A stretch of DNA of 64,000 nucleotides, taken from an uncultured Eubacteriales bacterium (GTDB lineage: Bacteria; Bacillota; Clostridia; Oscillospirales; Acutalibacteraceae). The position numbers were made by a program, and so were the translations under genes. A model generated the notes under the pieces. It saw only the letters and a program-made list of their open reading frames with translations. It had not been told where the DNA came from and did not search any database. Shown here in pieces: positions 37,036 through 45,944 of this stretch (within the stretch, counting starts at the first letter, position 1; each line of letters begins with the position of its first letter). The stretch is taken from NCBI GenBank assembly GCA_964370635.1, contig CAYJJU010000002.1, positions 93,237-157,236 of the forward strand, given 5' to 3'.

Positions 37036-38937
37036 TTAAATCTTTTTATCATATAGCCTTGCCGCATTTAATACGACAAGCACAGAGCCCGCATTGTGCA
37101 CCAGTGCTCCGGTCGCCGGATTTAATAGACCCATTACCGATAAAATAATTGCTACAACATTTATTGCCATCGACATCGTTATATTAAATTTAATCGAGAA
37201 AATAGTTGCGTTTGAAAGTTTCTTAATGTATGAAATTTTGGAGATATCGTCGCCCATTATGGCAATATCGGCGGCGTCTATCGCTATGTCGCTTCCCATA
37301 GTGCCCATCGCAATGCCCACGGTTGCGGTTTTTAATGCCGGTGCATCGTTTACTCCGTCGCCTACCATGCATATGCCGCTTGATTTTTCCATCATGGATT
37401 TAACGGCTTCAACTTTACCCTCCGGAAGTAGTGAGGAGTAAACTTCGCTAATTCCGACTTTTCCTGCAATAAAGTTTGCGCTTTTCTCATTGTCGCCTGT
37501 GAGAAGCACCGTTTTGTCAATTCCTGCGGATTTAAGCGAGGAAATAGCCACGGCAGAACTGTCTTTAATTTCGTCCGATAGGCCTATAACGCCAATCACA
37601 CTCTCTTGTGTAGACACAATAATTACAGCCTTGCCTTCTCCCCTAAGCGTGGAAATTATATCTACTATCTCTTGCGATAAATTTATTCCTGCATTGTCCT
37701 CAATGAGTTTTTCATTTCCGCAGAAAATATTTTTCCCGTCTACTATGGCAGTAACGCCTTTTCCTACCATCATCATGAACTTGTCTATTTCTAAAAGCTT
37801 AACGCCGCTTCCTTTTGTATAGTTTACGACAGCCTTGCCTAAAGGATGCTCAGAGCGACCCTCTACAGAAGAGGTCAACAGCATAAGTTCATTTTCAGAA
37901 ACACCGAAGGCTTTAATGTCACTTACCGAAAGTTTTCCCTGAGTTATAGTTCCTGTTTTGTCAAAAGCTATAGTCGACACCGTACCCATGCGCTCAAGCG
38001 CTTCTCCTGATTTGATTAAAACGCCCTTTTTTGTCGCCTGCCCTATCGCCGCCATAATTGAGGTAGGCGTTGCAAGTGCCAAGGCACAAGGACAAAATAC
38101 AACAAGCACCGTAACGGCACGCACCAAGGCATCATCGGGCTGATTTAACCCAAATGCCAATATCGCATATGTTGCTATCGCTATGATAATTGCAATCGGC
38201 ACAAGCCATGCCGCCCATTTATCGACAATTTTTTGCATGGGAGCCTTGTTATTCTCCGCCTCTTCAACAAGCTTAATCATCTTTTGCAGTGAAGAATTTT
38301 CAAACGACCTTGTGACTTTTACATCGACAGAGCCATAGCGATTTATGGTTCCCGTGAACACTTCATCGTCTACAGCCTTGTCGACAGGTAAACTCTCCCC
38401 TGTCATTATGCTTTGGTCGACGCTTGTGTTTCCCACGCTTATTATTCCGTCAGACGGGAAGCTTTCTCCCGGTAAAACCCTTATAATATCCCCTGATTTA
38501 ATGTCTTTTGCCTCAACCATTTTTTCGCCGTCGGCAGTAATGACTCTTCCCTGAGTCGGCACGAGGTTCAACAGTTTTTCTATGCCTTTTTTTGCTTTTT
38601 CAACCGTTCTATCCTCAAGCCACGCGCCTATCGCCATGATGAATGCAACCTCGCCTGCCGCAAATATGTCGCCTATAGACACGGCGGCTATCATCGCTAT
38701 AGTTATGAGCAGTGCCGAGCTTATAAAGCGCTGTGTGAAAACCCTCCATAAGGCAAGATATGCAAGCGGTATGCCCGAAATCAGTATTGACGCCCATGCA
38801 AAATTTACCATTATTACATTCTCGGCGCCCAAAGTAAGCGGGAAAATGTATTCGCCGACAAAACTCACCGCAAGGCAAAGCCCGGACACCCACAACATCG
38901 GCACAGAGTTTAAAAATTTATCTACCTTTTTTAACAT
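37036..38937 (-). CDS. heavy-metal translocating P1B-type ATPase lacking an N-terminal HMA domain
   Basis: 633 aa with motifs CPC (VVFCPCALALATP), DKTGTIT and GDGVNDAP. No CxxC metal-binding domain at the N-terminus. Confidence 0.9.
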   Translation of the reverse strand: MLKKVDKFLNSVPMLWVSGLCLAVSFVGEYIFPLTLGAENVIMVNFAWASILISGIPLAYLALWRVFTQRFISSALLITIAMIAAVSIGDIFAAGEVAFIMAIGAWLEDRTVEKAKKGIEKLLNLVPTQGRVITADGEKMVEAKDIKSGDIIRVLPGESFPSDGIISVGNTSVDQSIMTGESLPVDKAVDDEVFTGTINRYGSVDVKVTRSFENSSLQKMIKLVEEAENNKAPMQKIVDKWAAWLVPIAIIIAIATYAILAFGLNQPDDALVRAVTVLVVFCPCALALATPTSIMAAIGQATKKGVLIKSGEALERMGTVSTIAFDKTGTITQGKLSVSDIKAFGVSENELMLLTSSVEGRSEHPLGKAVVNYTKGSGVKLLEIDKFMMMVGKGVTAIVDGKNIFCGNEKLIEDNAGINLSQEIVDIISTLRGEGKAVIIVSTQESVIGVIGLSDEIKDSSAVAISSLKSAGIDKTVLLTGDNEKSANFIAGKVGISEVYSSLLPEGKVEAVKSMMEKSSGICMVGDGVNDAPALKTATVGIAMGTMGSDIAIDAADIAIMGDDISKISYIKKLSNATIFSIKFNITMSMAINVVAIILSVMGLLNPATGALVHNAGSVLVVLNAARLYDKKI

Positions 38938-38946
38938 AATGCCCTC

Positions 38947-39222
38947 CTAAATTGTCTTTGAAAATTGATTTAATGCCGAAATCAATTTATCTATGGTTTC
39001 ATCTTCGTTTCCGTCTTTTATTCCATCTAAAATACAGTGATGCATATGCCCTTCGAGTATTACCTGCCCCGTTTTGTGAAGTGCGGATTTAATTGCGCCT
39101 ATTTGAATTAATATATCTTCACAAGGCTTATCTTCCTCCACCATTTTCTGTATGCCTCGCACTTGTCCCTCAATTCTTTTAAGGCGCTTGCCTATCGCCT
39201 GTGTATCCATACACTGTTTCAT
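38947..39222 (-). CDS. csoR: CsoR/RcnR/FrmR-family metal-sensing repressor
   Basis: 91 aa of the DUF156 type (RLKRIEGQVRGIQKMVEEDKPCEDILIQIGA...HMHHC). Confidence 0.8.
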   Translation of the reverse strand: MKQCMDTQAIGKRLKRIEGQVRGIQKMVEEDKPCEDILIQIGAIKSALHKTGQVILEGHMHHCILDGIKDGNEDETIDKLISALNQFSKTI

Positions 39223-39247
39223 AAATAAACCTCCTTTTTATTTTCGC

Positions 39248-39298
39248 ATACCCATAGGGGGTATAGGTATATAATACACCAAAAAAAATATTTGTCAA
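39248..39298 (-). promoter_or_regulatory. promoter plus CsoR-type operator
   Basis: On the minus strand: TTGACA (39298..39293), 16 nt spacer, TATTAT (39276..39271). The G/C-tract pseudo-palindrome ATACCCATAGGGGGTAT (39248..39264) lies just downstream. Confidence 0.65.
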
Positions 39299-39311
39299 GC
39301 AAAAAATAATT

Positions 39312-39342
39312 TAGCCGAGTTCGGGTTATATGAACTCGGCTA
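39312..39342 (-). terminator. terminator after ACR3
   Basis: 11-bp stem TAGCCGAGTTC/GAACTCGGCTA, followed on the minus strand by a T-rich tract. Confidence 0.7.
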
Positions 39343-39369
39343 GCCTGACAAATATTTTATATTTGGTGA

Positions 39370-40419
39370 TTATTTGTTTTTAAACCAATGTTTTGTATTA
39401 TTTGCGATTTTTACAAGCACGAGCATGACTGGCACTTCCACCAAAACTCCTACTATTGTAGCAATTGCAACAGGGCTTTGTGTTCCAAACAGCGCAACCG
39501 CCACTGCGACAGATAGCTCAAAAAAGTTTGATGCGCCTATCATTCCGGCAGGTGCTGCAATGTCATGACTGAGTTTAATCCCTTTTGCCGTGAAGTATGA
39601 CACAAAGAAAATTAAAAATGTTTGTATTATCAGCGGAACCGCTATTAAAACTATGTGCAGTGGATTTTCAAGTATAACTGTTCCTTGAAACGAAAACAGC
39701 AAAGTTAGTGTAACCAAAAGCCCTATTATCGTCACATTATTAAATTTAGGTATGAATTTCGTCTCAAAATACTCTTTGCCCTTGTTTTTTGTGATGAAAA
39801 CCCTTGTTAAAACGCCGCCTAAAAGCGGAATTACAACAAAAAGCACGACAGATAAAATCAGTGTGTCCCACGGAACGCTTACACCGCCCACGCCAAGTAA
39901 AAATGCAACTATCGGAGTAAATGCCACCAAAATTATCAAGTCATTTGTAGCAACTTGAACCACTGTATATGCCGGATTTCCCTTTGTAAGGTGGCTCCAC
40001 ACAAACACCATCGCCGTGCAAGGAGCCGCACCTAGAAGCACTGCACCTGTCAAATAGTCGGTAGCAAGCTCAGGCGTTATAAAGCCCTTAAACAGTACAA
40101 AAAAGAAGAGCCACGCAATTCCAAACATTGTAAACGGCTTGATTAACCAGTTTACCACCCAAGTAAGAAACAGGCCTTTTGGGTTTTTGCTTACGCCTTT
40201 TACGCTTTTAAAATCGACCTTCATCATCATGGGGTAAATCATAAGCCATATCAAAATCGCAATGGGAATTGACACATTTGCGTACTCAAAACGACTTAAA
40301 AACTCGGGTATAATCGGTAAAAATAGGCTGATAAGTATGCCTAAACCCATGCAAATTACAACCCAAAGCGTTAAATATCTTTCAAAAAAACTTATGCCAC
40401 TTGCCTTTTGTTTTTTCAT
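39370..40419 (-). CDS. acr3: ACR3 family arsenite efflux transporter
   Basis: 349 aa with N-terminus SFFERYLTLWVVICMGLGI and a 10-TM pattern typical of ACR3. Confidence 0.9.
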   Translation of the reverse strand: MKKQKASGISFFERYLTLWVVICMGLGILISLFLPIIPEFLSRFEYANVSIPIAILIWLMIYPMMMKVDFKSVKGVSKNPKGLFLTWVVNWLIKPFTMFGIAWLFFFVLFKGFITPELATDYLTGAVLLGAAPCTAMVFVWSHLTKGNPAYTVVQVATNDLIILVAFTPIVAFLLGVGGVSVPWDTLILSVVLFVVIPLLGGVLTRVFITKNKGKEYFETKFIPKFNNVTIIGLLVTLTLLFSFQGTVILENPLHIVLIAVPLIIQTFLIFFVSYFTAKGIKLSHDIAAPAGMIGASNFFELSVAVAVALFGTQSPVAIATIVGVLVEVPVMLVLVKIANNTKHWFKNK

Positions 40420-40463
40420 AAAATTCTTCCTGCTTTCATATCAAATATTTTTTATCTGATGTC

Positions 40464-40492
40464 ATTATAAGCCGAAATCCGCATCTTGTCAA
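40464..40492 (-). promoter_or_regulatory. consensus sigmaA promoter for acr3
   Basis: On the minus strand: TTGACA, 17 nt spacer, TATAAT. The imperfect palindrome TCAAATA-N5-TATCTGA (40441..40459) lies between the -10 box and the start codon. Confidence 0.75.
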
Positions 40493-40523
40493 TATATATA
40501 TCAAAATTTTTTAATTTATAATT

Positions 40524-41210
40524 TCAAATGGCATTCACCGCAATGTCTACAGCGTGAATATGCGTAGTATCAAAAACAGGCAGAGAAATATCTTTTTGCG
40601 ACACCAAAAGCCCAATCTCCGTGCAACCCAGTATTACACCCTGAGCGCCCATGCCCTCAAGCCTATTAATTATCTGCAAATATTTTTCTTTTGACTCTGC
40701 CTTAATTTCACCAAGGCAAAGCTCTTTATAAATAATTTCATTAACAATTTCTATGTCCTCATCGTTTGGAATTAGCACTTCAATTCCCTCATCAATCAAC
40801 TTTTGCTTGTAAAAATCTTGTTTCATCGTATATTTTGTGCCAAGAAGTGCGATTTTATTAAGGTTTTTCGCCTTTATCGCATTTGCAGTAGACTGCGCTA
40901 TGTGGAGTATAGGTATATTAATTTTAGCCTCGATTTGCGGTACTACTTTATGCATGGTGTTGGTGCAAATCGCAATAAAATCTGCCCCAGCATTTTGCAG
41001 TTTCAGCGCTATTTGTGATAAAACTTCACCGCTTTTATCCCAGTCCCCTTTAGCCTGATATTCCTCAATTTCGGCAAAATTTACACTGTACAGCAAAATT
41101 TTTGCAGAGTGCAGGCCGCCTAATATCTCTTTTACCTTTTCATTAATTATTTGATAATAAGAAGCCGTGCTCTCAAGGCTCATTCCTCCTATAAGTCCTA
41201 TAGTTTTCAC
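40524..41210 (-). CDS. aspartate/glutamate racemase family protein
   Basis: 228 aa with two catalytic-Cys contexts, CTNTMH and LGCTE. Confidence 0.88.
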   Translation of the reverse strand: MKTIGLIGGMSLESTASYYQIINEKVKEILGGLHSAKILLYSVNFAEIEEYQAKGDWDKSGEVLSQIALKLQNAGADFIAICTNTMHKVVPQIEAKINIPILHIAQSTANAIKAKNLNKIALLGTKYTMKQDFYKQKLIDEGIEVLIPNDEDIEIVNEIIYKELCLGEIKAESKEKYLQIINRLEGMGAQGVILGCTEIGLLVSQKDISLPVFDTTHIHAVDIAVNAI

Positions 41211-42052
41211 TTAGTTTCCTCCTCCGACAAAATCTCATTTATTGTTCTTTTCGAATTTTCATCTGCATCATAGGTGATAAGCGCCTTCCAAAGCGCCCAA
41301 GCCTTTGCCCTATCTACCGTGAATTTATCTATATTCTTAAGAAAAAATTCTCTACTCTGACTATCAAAAAAAGTCCACGCCATGGCATAATCGCAAGACG
41401 GGTCGCCAATTCCCATAATTCCAAAATCTATTACCGCACACAAATGTCCCTTATCGACAAGCAAATTTCCGGGCGCTACATCTCCGTGTATCCAGACAGG
41501 TGTTTTTTCCCATTTGGAGGCTAGCCCTTTTTTCCAAATTTCAAGCAGCCTATCGGTCGGAAGCATGCCCTTTAAGCTTTCAAGAGCCTTTACGGTTTCA
41601 TCGTGGTACACCGCCAAATCTCCGCCACGATAAAAATTATGCGCCCCTGCCACGGGTGCGTTTTCGGTATTTATTTTTTGCAAATCAAGTAAAAACTGCG
41701 AGAGTTCCCTTGCAAAACTGTTTTTTGATTTCATATTGTGCGCACTTAAAGTTTCGCCCTTTATATAGCGATTTACAAGCCACGGAAAAGGATAATTTTC
41801 ATCGGGCTGACCTTTTGCTATGGGTGAAGAAATAGGCAGACTTAAAAACTGTGACAAAAACGGTAGCCACTTATACTCTTTTTCCACCTGAGGAACATAT
41901 GCTTTAGCGCTGGGTAGCCTTATTATCATGTCGTCCCCTAAGTGAAAACTCCTGTTATCATGCCCACTTTTTTCCACCGGCCTAATTTCCAAGTCTTTCC
42001 ATTTTGGAAACTGATTTGATATAAGCGAGCTTACTATTTCTAAATTAATCAT
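41207..42052 (-). CDS. aminoglycoside/choline-kinase-type phosphotransferase (APH family)
   Basis: 281 aa with HGDVAPGNLLV and IDFG motifs. Confidence 0.85.
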   Translation of the reverse strand: MINLEIVSSLISNQFPKWKDLEIRPVEKSGHDNRSFHLGDDMIIRLPSAKAYVPQVEKEYKWLPFLSQFLSLPISSPIAKGQPDENYPFPWLVNRYIKGETLSAHNMKSKNSFARELSQFLLDLQKINTENAPVAGAHNFYRGGDLAVYHDETVKALESLKGMLPTDRLLEIWKKGLASKWEKTPVWIHGDVAPGNLLVDKGHLCAVIDFGIMGIGDPSCDYAMAWTFFDSQSREFFLKNIDKFTVDRAKAWALWKALITYDADENSKRTINEILSEEETK

Positions 42053-42189
42053 AAAACCCCCACAAGATATTTTTTGTACCTATATTATATCTGTAAAATT
42101 CGTGGAGCGCAACGTGTATTTTAAAGTGAGTGTTGAATATTTAATTATTTTATGATAAAATTATTAAAATAATTTCTTTGGAGGTTAGC

Positions 42190-42627
42190 ATGAAAGTAAA
42201 GAGCACTTTTTTAATGAAAATTAAAAATTTAATAGCGATTTTATCTCAGCTTGCGATGTATTCTTATTTGATTTTCAATTGGAATAACATTCCAAAAATA
42301 CTTTTAGCGGCCGATAGTCCTATGACAAGAGGGGAGCTCCTTGTTTTTCCAATTTTAGTTACTGTTTTCTTTATTGTGTTCAGTGTAATAGAGCTATTCC
42401 CGTCGGCGTGGAATACTTTATCTAATGCAAAAGCCGCCAATATCGCCCAACTACTACATATTACAAAAAATTTGATAGTAGATTTAAAACTTGTAGTATG
42501 CTTTGTGCTCGGCCTTTTATTCATGAGCATTGTATTTGCTTTTACTATGCCCGTGTGGCTAGCCACCCTTTCTATAGTAGGAACGCTTGTATACTATGTT
42601 TTAAAAATAATCAAGGCTTCAAAGTAA
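42190..42627 (+). CDS. small integral membrane protein, function unknown
   Basis: About 145 aa with 4 predicted TMs. The ATG at 42190 follows GGAGG; the ORF-track TTG at 42178 overlaps the RBS. Confidence 0.6.
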   Translation: MKVKSTFLMKIKNLIAILSQLAMYSYLIFNWNNIPKILLAADSPMTRGELLVFPILVTVFFIVFSVIELFPSAWNTLSNAKAANIAQLLHITKNLIVDLKLVVCFVLGLLFMSIVFAFTMPVWLATLSIVGTLVYYVLKIIKASK

Positions 42628-42672
42628 ATTGCGGCCTCGATGTCTTTTGCCATATATTTAAATTAAAAATAA

Positions 42673-42704
42673 AGAGGGCTCCCTTTCTTTGCAGGGAACC
42701 CTCT
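42673..42704. terminator. hairpin AGAGGGCTCCCT-N8-AGGGAACCCTCT
   Basis: 12-bp stem with one mismatch and A/T-rich flanks on both sides. It bounds the ORF-free region. Confidence 0.6.
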
Positions 42705-43810
42705 AATTTATATTATTATTAACTTTTATTTAATTGAAAGAACTTTTAACTAGTACATTGGATTACCCTCTTAAAACATTTCATTACTAATTTTGATGTC
42801 TAAAACTTATATCGTAGTCAAGATTAATTAACTTTAGTTATCATACTAATAACTAACAATTTATCTACTTACAATAACCTATAATCTAATTTTACTACCA
42901 GCTTTCTTATCTATTAAATTGTCCTAAAACTCTATCGGACAAACACTATACTATTTTCTCTATTTGCGTGTAATTATATAACCGTCATCTCTTCGTATCG
43001 CCTAAATAAAATCATGTCTGCCATTATTATTTAATAAAAAACTCGGCCATACTACTTCTTCATATTTCATAACCTTTAACACCAAATCAACTCTACATTC
43101 ATTTGATTTGACATTTGCCTAATTCCAACACTTCAAAGGCTATATTACTAACCAAACACTACCAATTATTTACTCAGCTCCTGTGGTTTTTTCATCACTT
43201 ACTTTTATGAACTTTACACAGTCTACCTCTAAATAACTCGTATATTTTGTAATCATCCCTTCTCGGTTATAGTTTTTCCCCTACACACTTTCTCTTCATG
43301 TATAGTAAAAACTTATCGCAAATGCGATACTAACACCCAAATAAGATAAACTAAAACTCATTTACTAAATTTTTAAGTATAACTTATATATTTTAAAAGA
43401 CCACAGTCTTTTTATTATTTCAAGCAATCTTTTACATCAATTATTTTATAAATGCCTTTAACATTACCAAGATAAACTGATGTGGTTTAACGAAACCATA
43501 AAACGATGGAACTTAAAGTTTATAAAACTCTTAAAATGCAAACACTTGAAATTTTACCGATAACTGAATTTTTTGACTGATATACGGTATTGCACTCCAT
43601 ACCATATAAAGCTGTTCTTTCATCGGCGCCCATCAGGGAACCGACTTGCTGCTTTTCAATTTCCAATGGACTCACCCTTTCTTTTTCGCATTCATTTTAA
43701 CTCTTAAAGAAAACATTTAAAACTACTCTACTCTTACTTAAGTTTTAACGGGATTTTCTTTTATGAACTTATCTTTTTCTTCTTTTTTCCCGCTTGCTTT
43801 CTTTATCTGT

Positions 43811-43839
43811 ATCTTACACCTATTTGTGCAATTTGTCAA
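43811..43839 (-). promoter_or_regulatory. orphan sigmaA-type promoter firing into the ORF-free region
   Basis: On the minus strand: TTGACA (43839..43834), 17 nt spacer, TAAGAT (43816..43811). No annotated gene lies downstream. Confidence 0.55.
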
Positions 43840-43958
43840 TAGTTTTTTTAAAAATAATTAGATTTTTTTATTTATTCTAAACATGAATAATAAAACCTTT
43901 GAATTAATATAATATTTATGTACACACTACTAACGCACATGATAAATTGAGTTTTGTA

Positions 43959-43987
43959 TTGACTAAATCGCTTTTACAATGTACAAT
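43959..43987 (+). promoter_or_regulatory. sigmaA-type promoter of the DUF1292 gene
   Basis: TTGACT, 17 nt spacer, TACAAT. Confidence 0.65.
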
Positions 43988-44021
43988 ATAGATACACAAT
44001 AATATTTAGGAGGATTGGCAA

Positions 44022-44315
44022 ATGAATAATGAATACGAGGCCGATTTAATAACGCTTTTAGACGATGACGGAAACGAGCATGAATTTGAGGTTATTGACG
44101 AAATCGAAACCGATGACGGACATTTTGTTGCATTGGTTCCAACTCTTCAAGATCCCGAAGACATTGGAGTTGAACCCGAAACATATTATATTTTTGAAAT
44201 TGACAGCGAAGACGGAGAAGAGCAACTTATGGAAGTTGAGGACGAAGATACTTTAAATAAGCTTGCTGAAATTTTTGAGCGTCGTTTTGAAGAAGAATTT
44301 TACGACGAAGACTAA
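44022..44315 (+). CDS. DUF1292 family acidic small protein
   Basis: 97 aa. The pattern LLDDDGNEHEFEVIDEIETDDGHFVALVP is typical of DUF1292. Confidence 0.85.
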   Translation: MNNEYEADLITLLDDDGNEHEFEVIDEIETDDGHFVALVPTLQDPEDIGVEPETYYIFEIDSEDGEEQLMEVEDEDTLNKLAEIFERRFEEEFYDED

Positions 44316-44547
44316 AGCAAATATTTCCTGCCTGATGCGCCTATCATGCACAAATAACCCTACACTCATTTTTTAGGGAGCTTCTCTCCTGTTGAGGGAT
44401 TGCAGACCTCCCGGCCCGGTTTTTTCCGACGTCGGACGAAGGGAGCGCGAGCCAACAGGGTGAGCACCCACCTGCTTTTTGGTAGCAGGTTATTGAGAAG
44501 CAAGTTACGGTCAGGTGGGAATTTTTATTTTAAGTAAGAGTGAAGAA

Positions 44548-44573
44548 GTGTAGCGAAAAGCTACGCTTTTTTT
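44548..44573 (+). terminator. intrinsic terminator
   Basis: Stem GTGTAGC/GCTACGC, loop GAAAA, then T7. The preceding AAGAGTGAAGAAGTG resembles the array junction heptads. Confidence 0.75.
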
Positions 44574-44575
44574 GT

Positions 44576-44612
44576 TTTAAAAAAAACTGAAGGGAGCCGA
44601 AACGACTCCCTT
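44576..44612 (-). terminator. terminator of the hydrolase gene
   Basis: On the minus strand: AAGGGAG-N9-CTCCCTT, followed by T-rich CAGTTTTTTTTT. Confidence 0.7.
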
Positions 44613-44674
44613 ACGATTTACAATTAAAGATGCAAAGCATTTCAACACAACTATCAATTATCAACTATCAATTC

Positions 44675-45619
44675 TCAACTCTCAAAGTTTTCATCTAAAA
44701 ACTTATACATTGTGCTTTTGCAAAGCTCCGGTTCATTTAAAAAACTCACCGCATGCACCGCATCTTTTACTATTAAAAGTTCCTTTTTTGATGCGCAGGC
44801 TTCATAGTTTTCCTTCGACATCCTTGTTGGAACATATTGGTCTTTATCTCCGTGAATAAAAAGCACGGGGATTTTATTTTTCCCGAGTGCTTCTACAGCA
44901 CTTGCTTCTTTAAAGCTAAACTTTGCAAATATTTTGGCGAAAATATCGGCTACACTGAGTATCGGAAAAGGCGGTAAGTGATAGTTTAATTTTAATACGT
45001 GCTTGTATATCTCGTACGGAGAGGTGAAGCCACAGTCGGCAATTATTGCTTTCACTTGACTCGGTAAAGCCAAACTACTTGCCATCATCACCGTTGCGGC
45101 ACCCATAGACACACCGAAAAGGCAAATTTGGGTGCTCTCACCGCATCTTTTTACAATTTCCTCGCACCAAGTTTTACAGTCATAGCGCTCTTTAATTCCA
45201 AATGTTATGTATTTTCCGCCACTTTCTCCGTGGCTTCGCTGGCTTATCATAAGCACGCTATAACCTTTGTCTAAAAACATTTCCGCAGTGGTGATTATAT
45301 CGTCCCTTCCATGGCATCTAAAACCATGCATTAAGAGCGCCACTTTTCCGCAAACCGCCTCTTTTGGCTTATATAAAGTGCCTGAAAGCTTTATTCCATC
45401 AAAAGATTTAAGCTCTATTTTTTCCTGCTCTATCGCCTTGAATCTTTCTTTTATTAAAATGATTTTATCATAATTTTTTGCCCATGGGCTTTCCGGTGTT
45501 TTGAGGACAAACTCTGTCGGCTTTGGTTTATCTCTTACACACGCAAGATTAAAAAAGAATATCGACGCAAGGAGCGACACTAATATTATTGAGCCCACTA
45601 AAATTATAAATAAAATCAT
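44675..45619 (-). CDS. alpha/beta hydrolase with N-terminal membrane anchor
   Basis: 314 aa with nucleophile elbow GVSMGA and one N-terminal TM. Confidence 0.85.
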   Translation of the reverse strand: MILFIILVGSIILVSLLASIFFFNLACVRDKPKPTEFVLKTPESPWAKNYDKIILIKERFKAIEQEKIELKSFDGIKLSGTLYKPKEAVCGKVALLMHGFRCHGRDDIITTAEMFLDKGYSVLMISQRSHGESGGKYITFGIKERYDCKTWCEEIVKRCGESTQICLFGVSMGAATVMMASSLALPSQVKAIIADCGFTSPYEIYKHVLKLNYHLPPFPILSVADIFAKIFAKFSFKEASAVEALGKNKIPVLFIHGDKDQYVPTRMSKENYEACASKKELLIVKDAVHAVSFLNEPELCKSTMYKFLDENFES

Positions 45620-45638
45620 AAAACCACCTTCTTAGATA

Positions 45639-45929
45639 TTAATATTGATAGTCCACGCACACACTTTTTTCAATAACAGAATGAACATACGCCTTGACTA
45701 CTTCTACATGATATGCAGAGCCTTGGTATTCTGCCATATCTTCCATGCTGTCAAAACTTACTTCTAAACTAACATCAAACGAGCGCTCTGAGCGTAAAGC
45801 ATCTTTACTTGCCACTATATTCTTGGCCTTTGGCACTTTGCCTTCCATCGACATAAACATGTCGCAAAGCTTTTGTGCATTTTCCTCGCTATAATCTTTA
45901 AGTTTGTAAAATACTATATGTTTTACCAT
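45639..45929 (-). CDS. Dabb (stress-responsive A/B barrel) domain protein
   Basis: HIVFYKLKD...FDSMEDMAEYQGSAYHVEV pattern. The start is probably the second ATG (45929), which has better RBS spacing than 45938. Confidence 0.8.
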   Translation of the reverse strand: MVKHIVFYKLKDYSEENAQKLCDMFMSMEGKVPKAKNIVASKDALRSERSFDVSLEVSFDSMEDMAEYQGSAYHVEVVKAYVHSVIEKSVCVDYQY

Positions 45930-45944
45930 TTTTTTCATCCTCTT

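Noticed and set aside
42720-43990. Reading the G-depleted region as a degraded protein gene on the minus strand.
   Set aside because: My trial translation of several hundred nt gave stops every 10-30 codons in the frame tried. Even treating the stops as former Gln/Arg/Trp codons gave no recognisable protein. This is left as a hypothesis in the findings, not a pseudogene call.
44375-44530. GC-rich island as SRP RNA, 6S RNA, tmRNA, RNase P RNA or a tRNA.
   Set aside because: I could not find the hallmark motifs I remember for these RNAs: the SRP domain IV GGAA/AGCA loops in the right context, RNase P GAGGAAAGTCC, tmRNA GGGG-start/tag, or tRNA T-loop GGTTCGA. It is kept only as an unassigned candidate.
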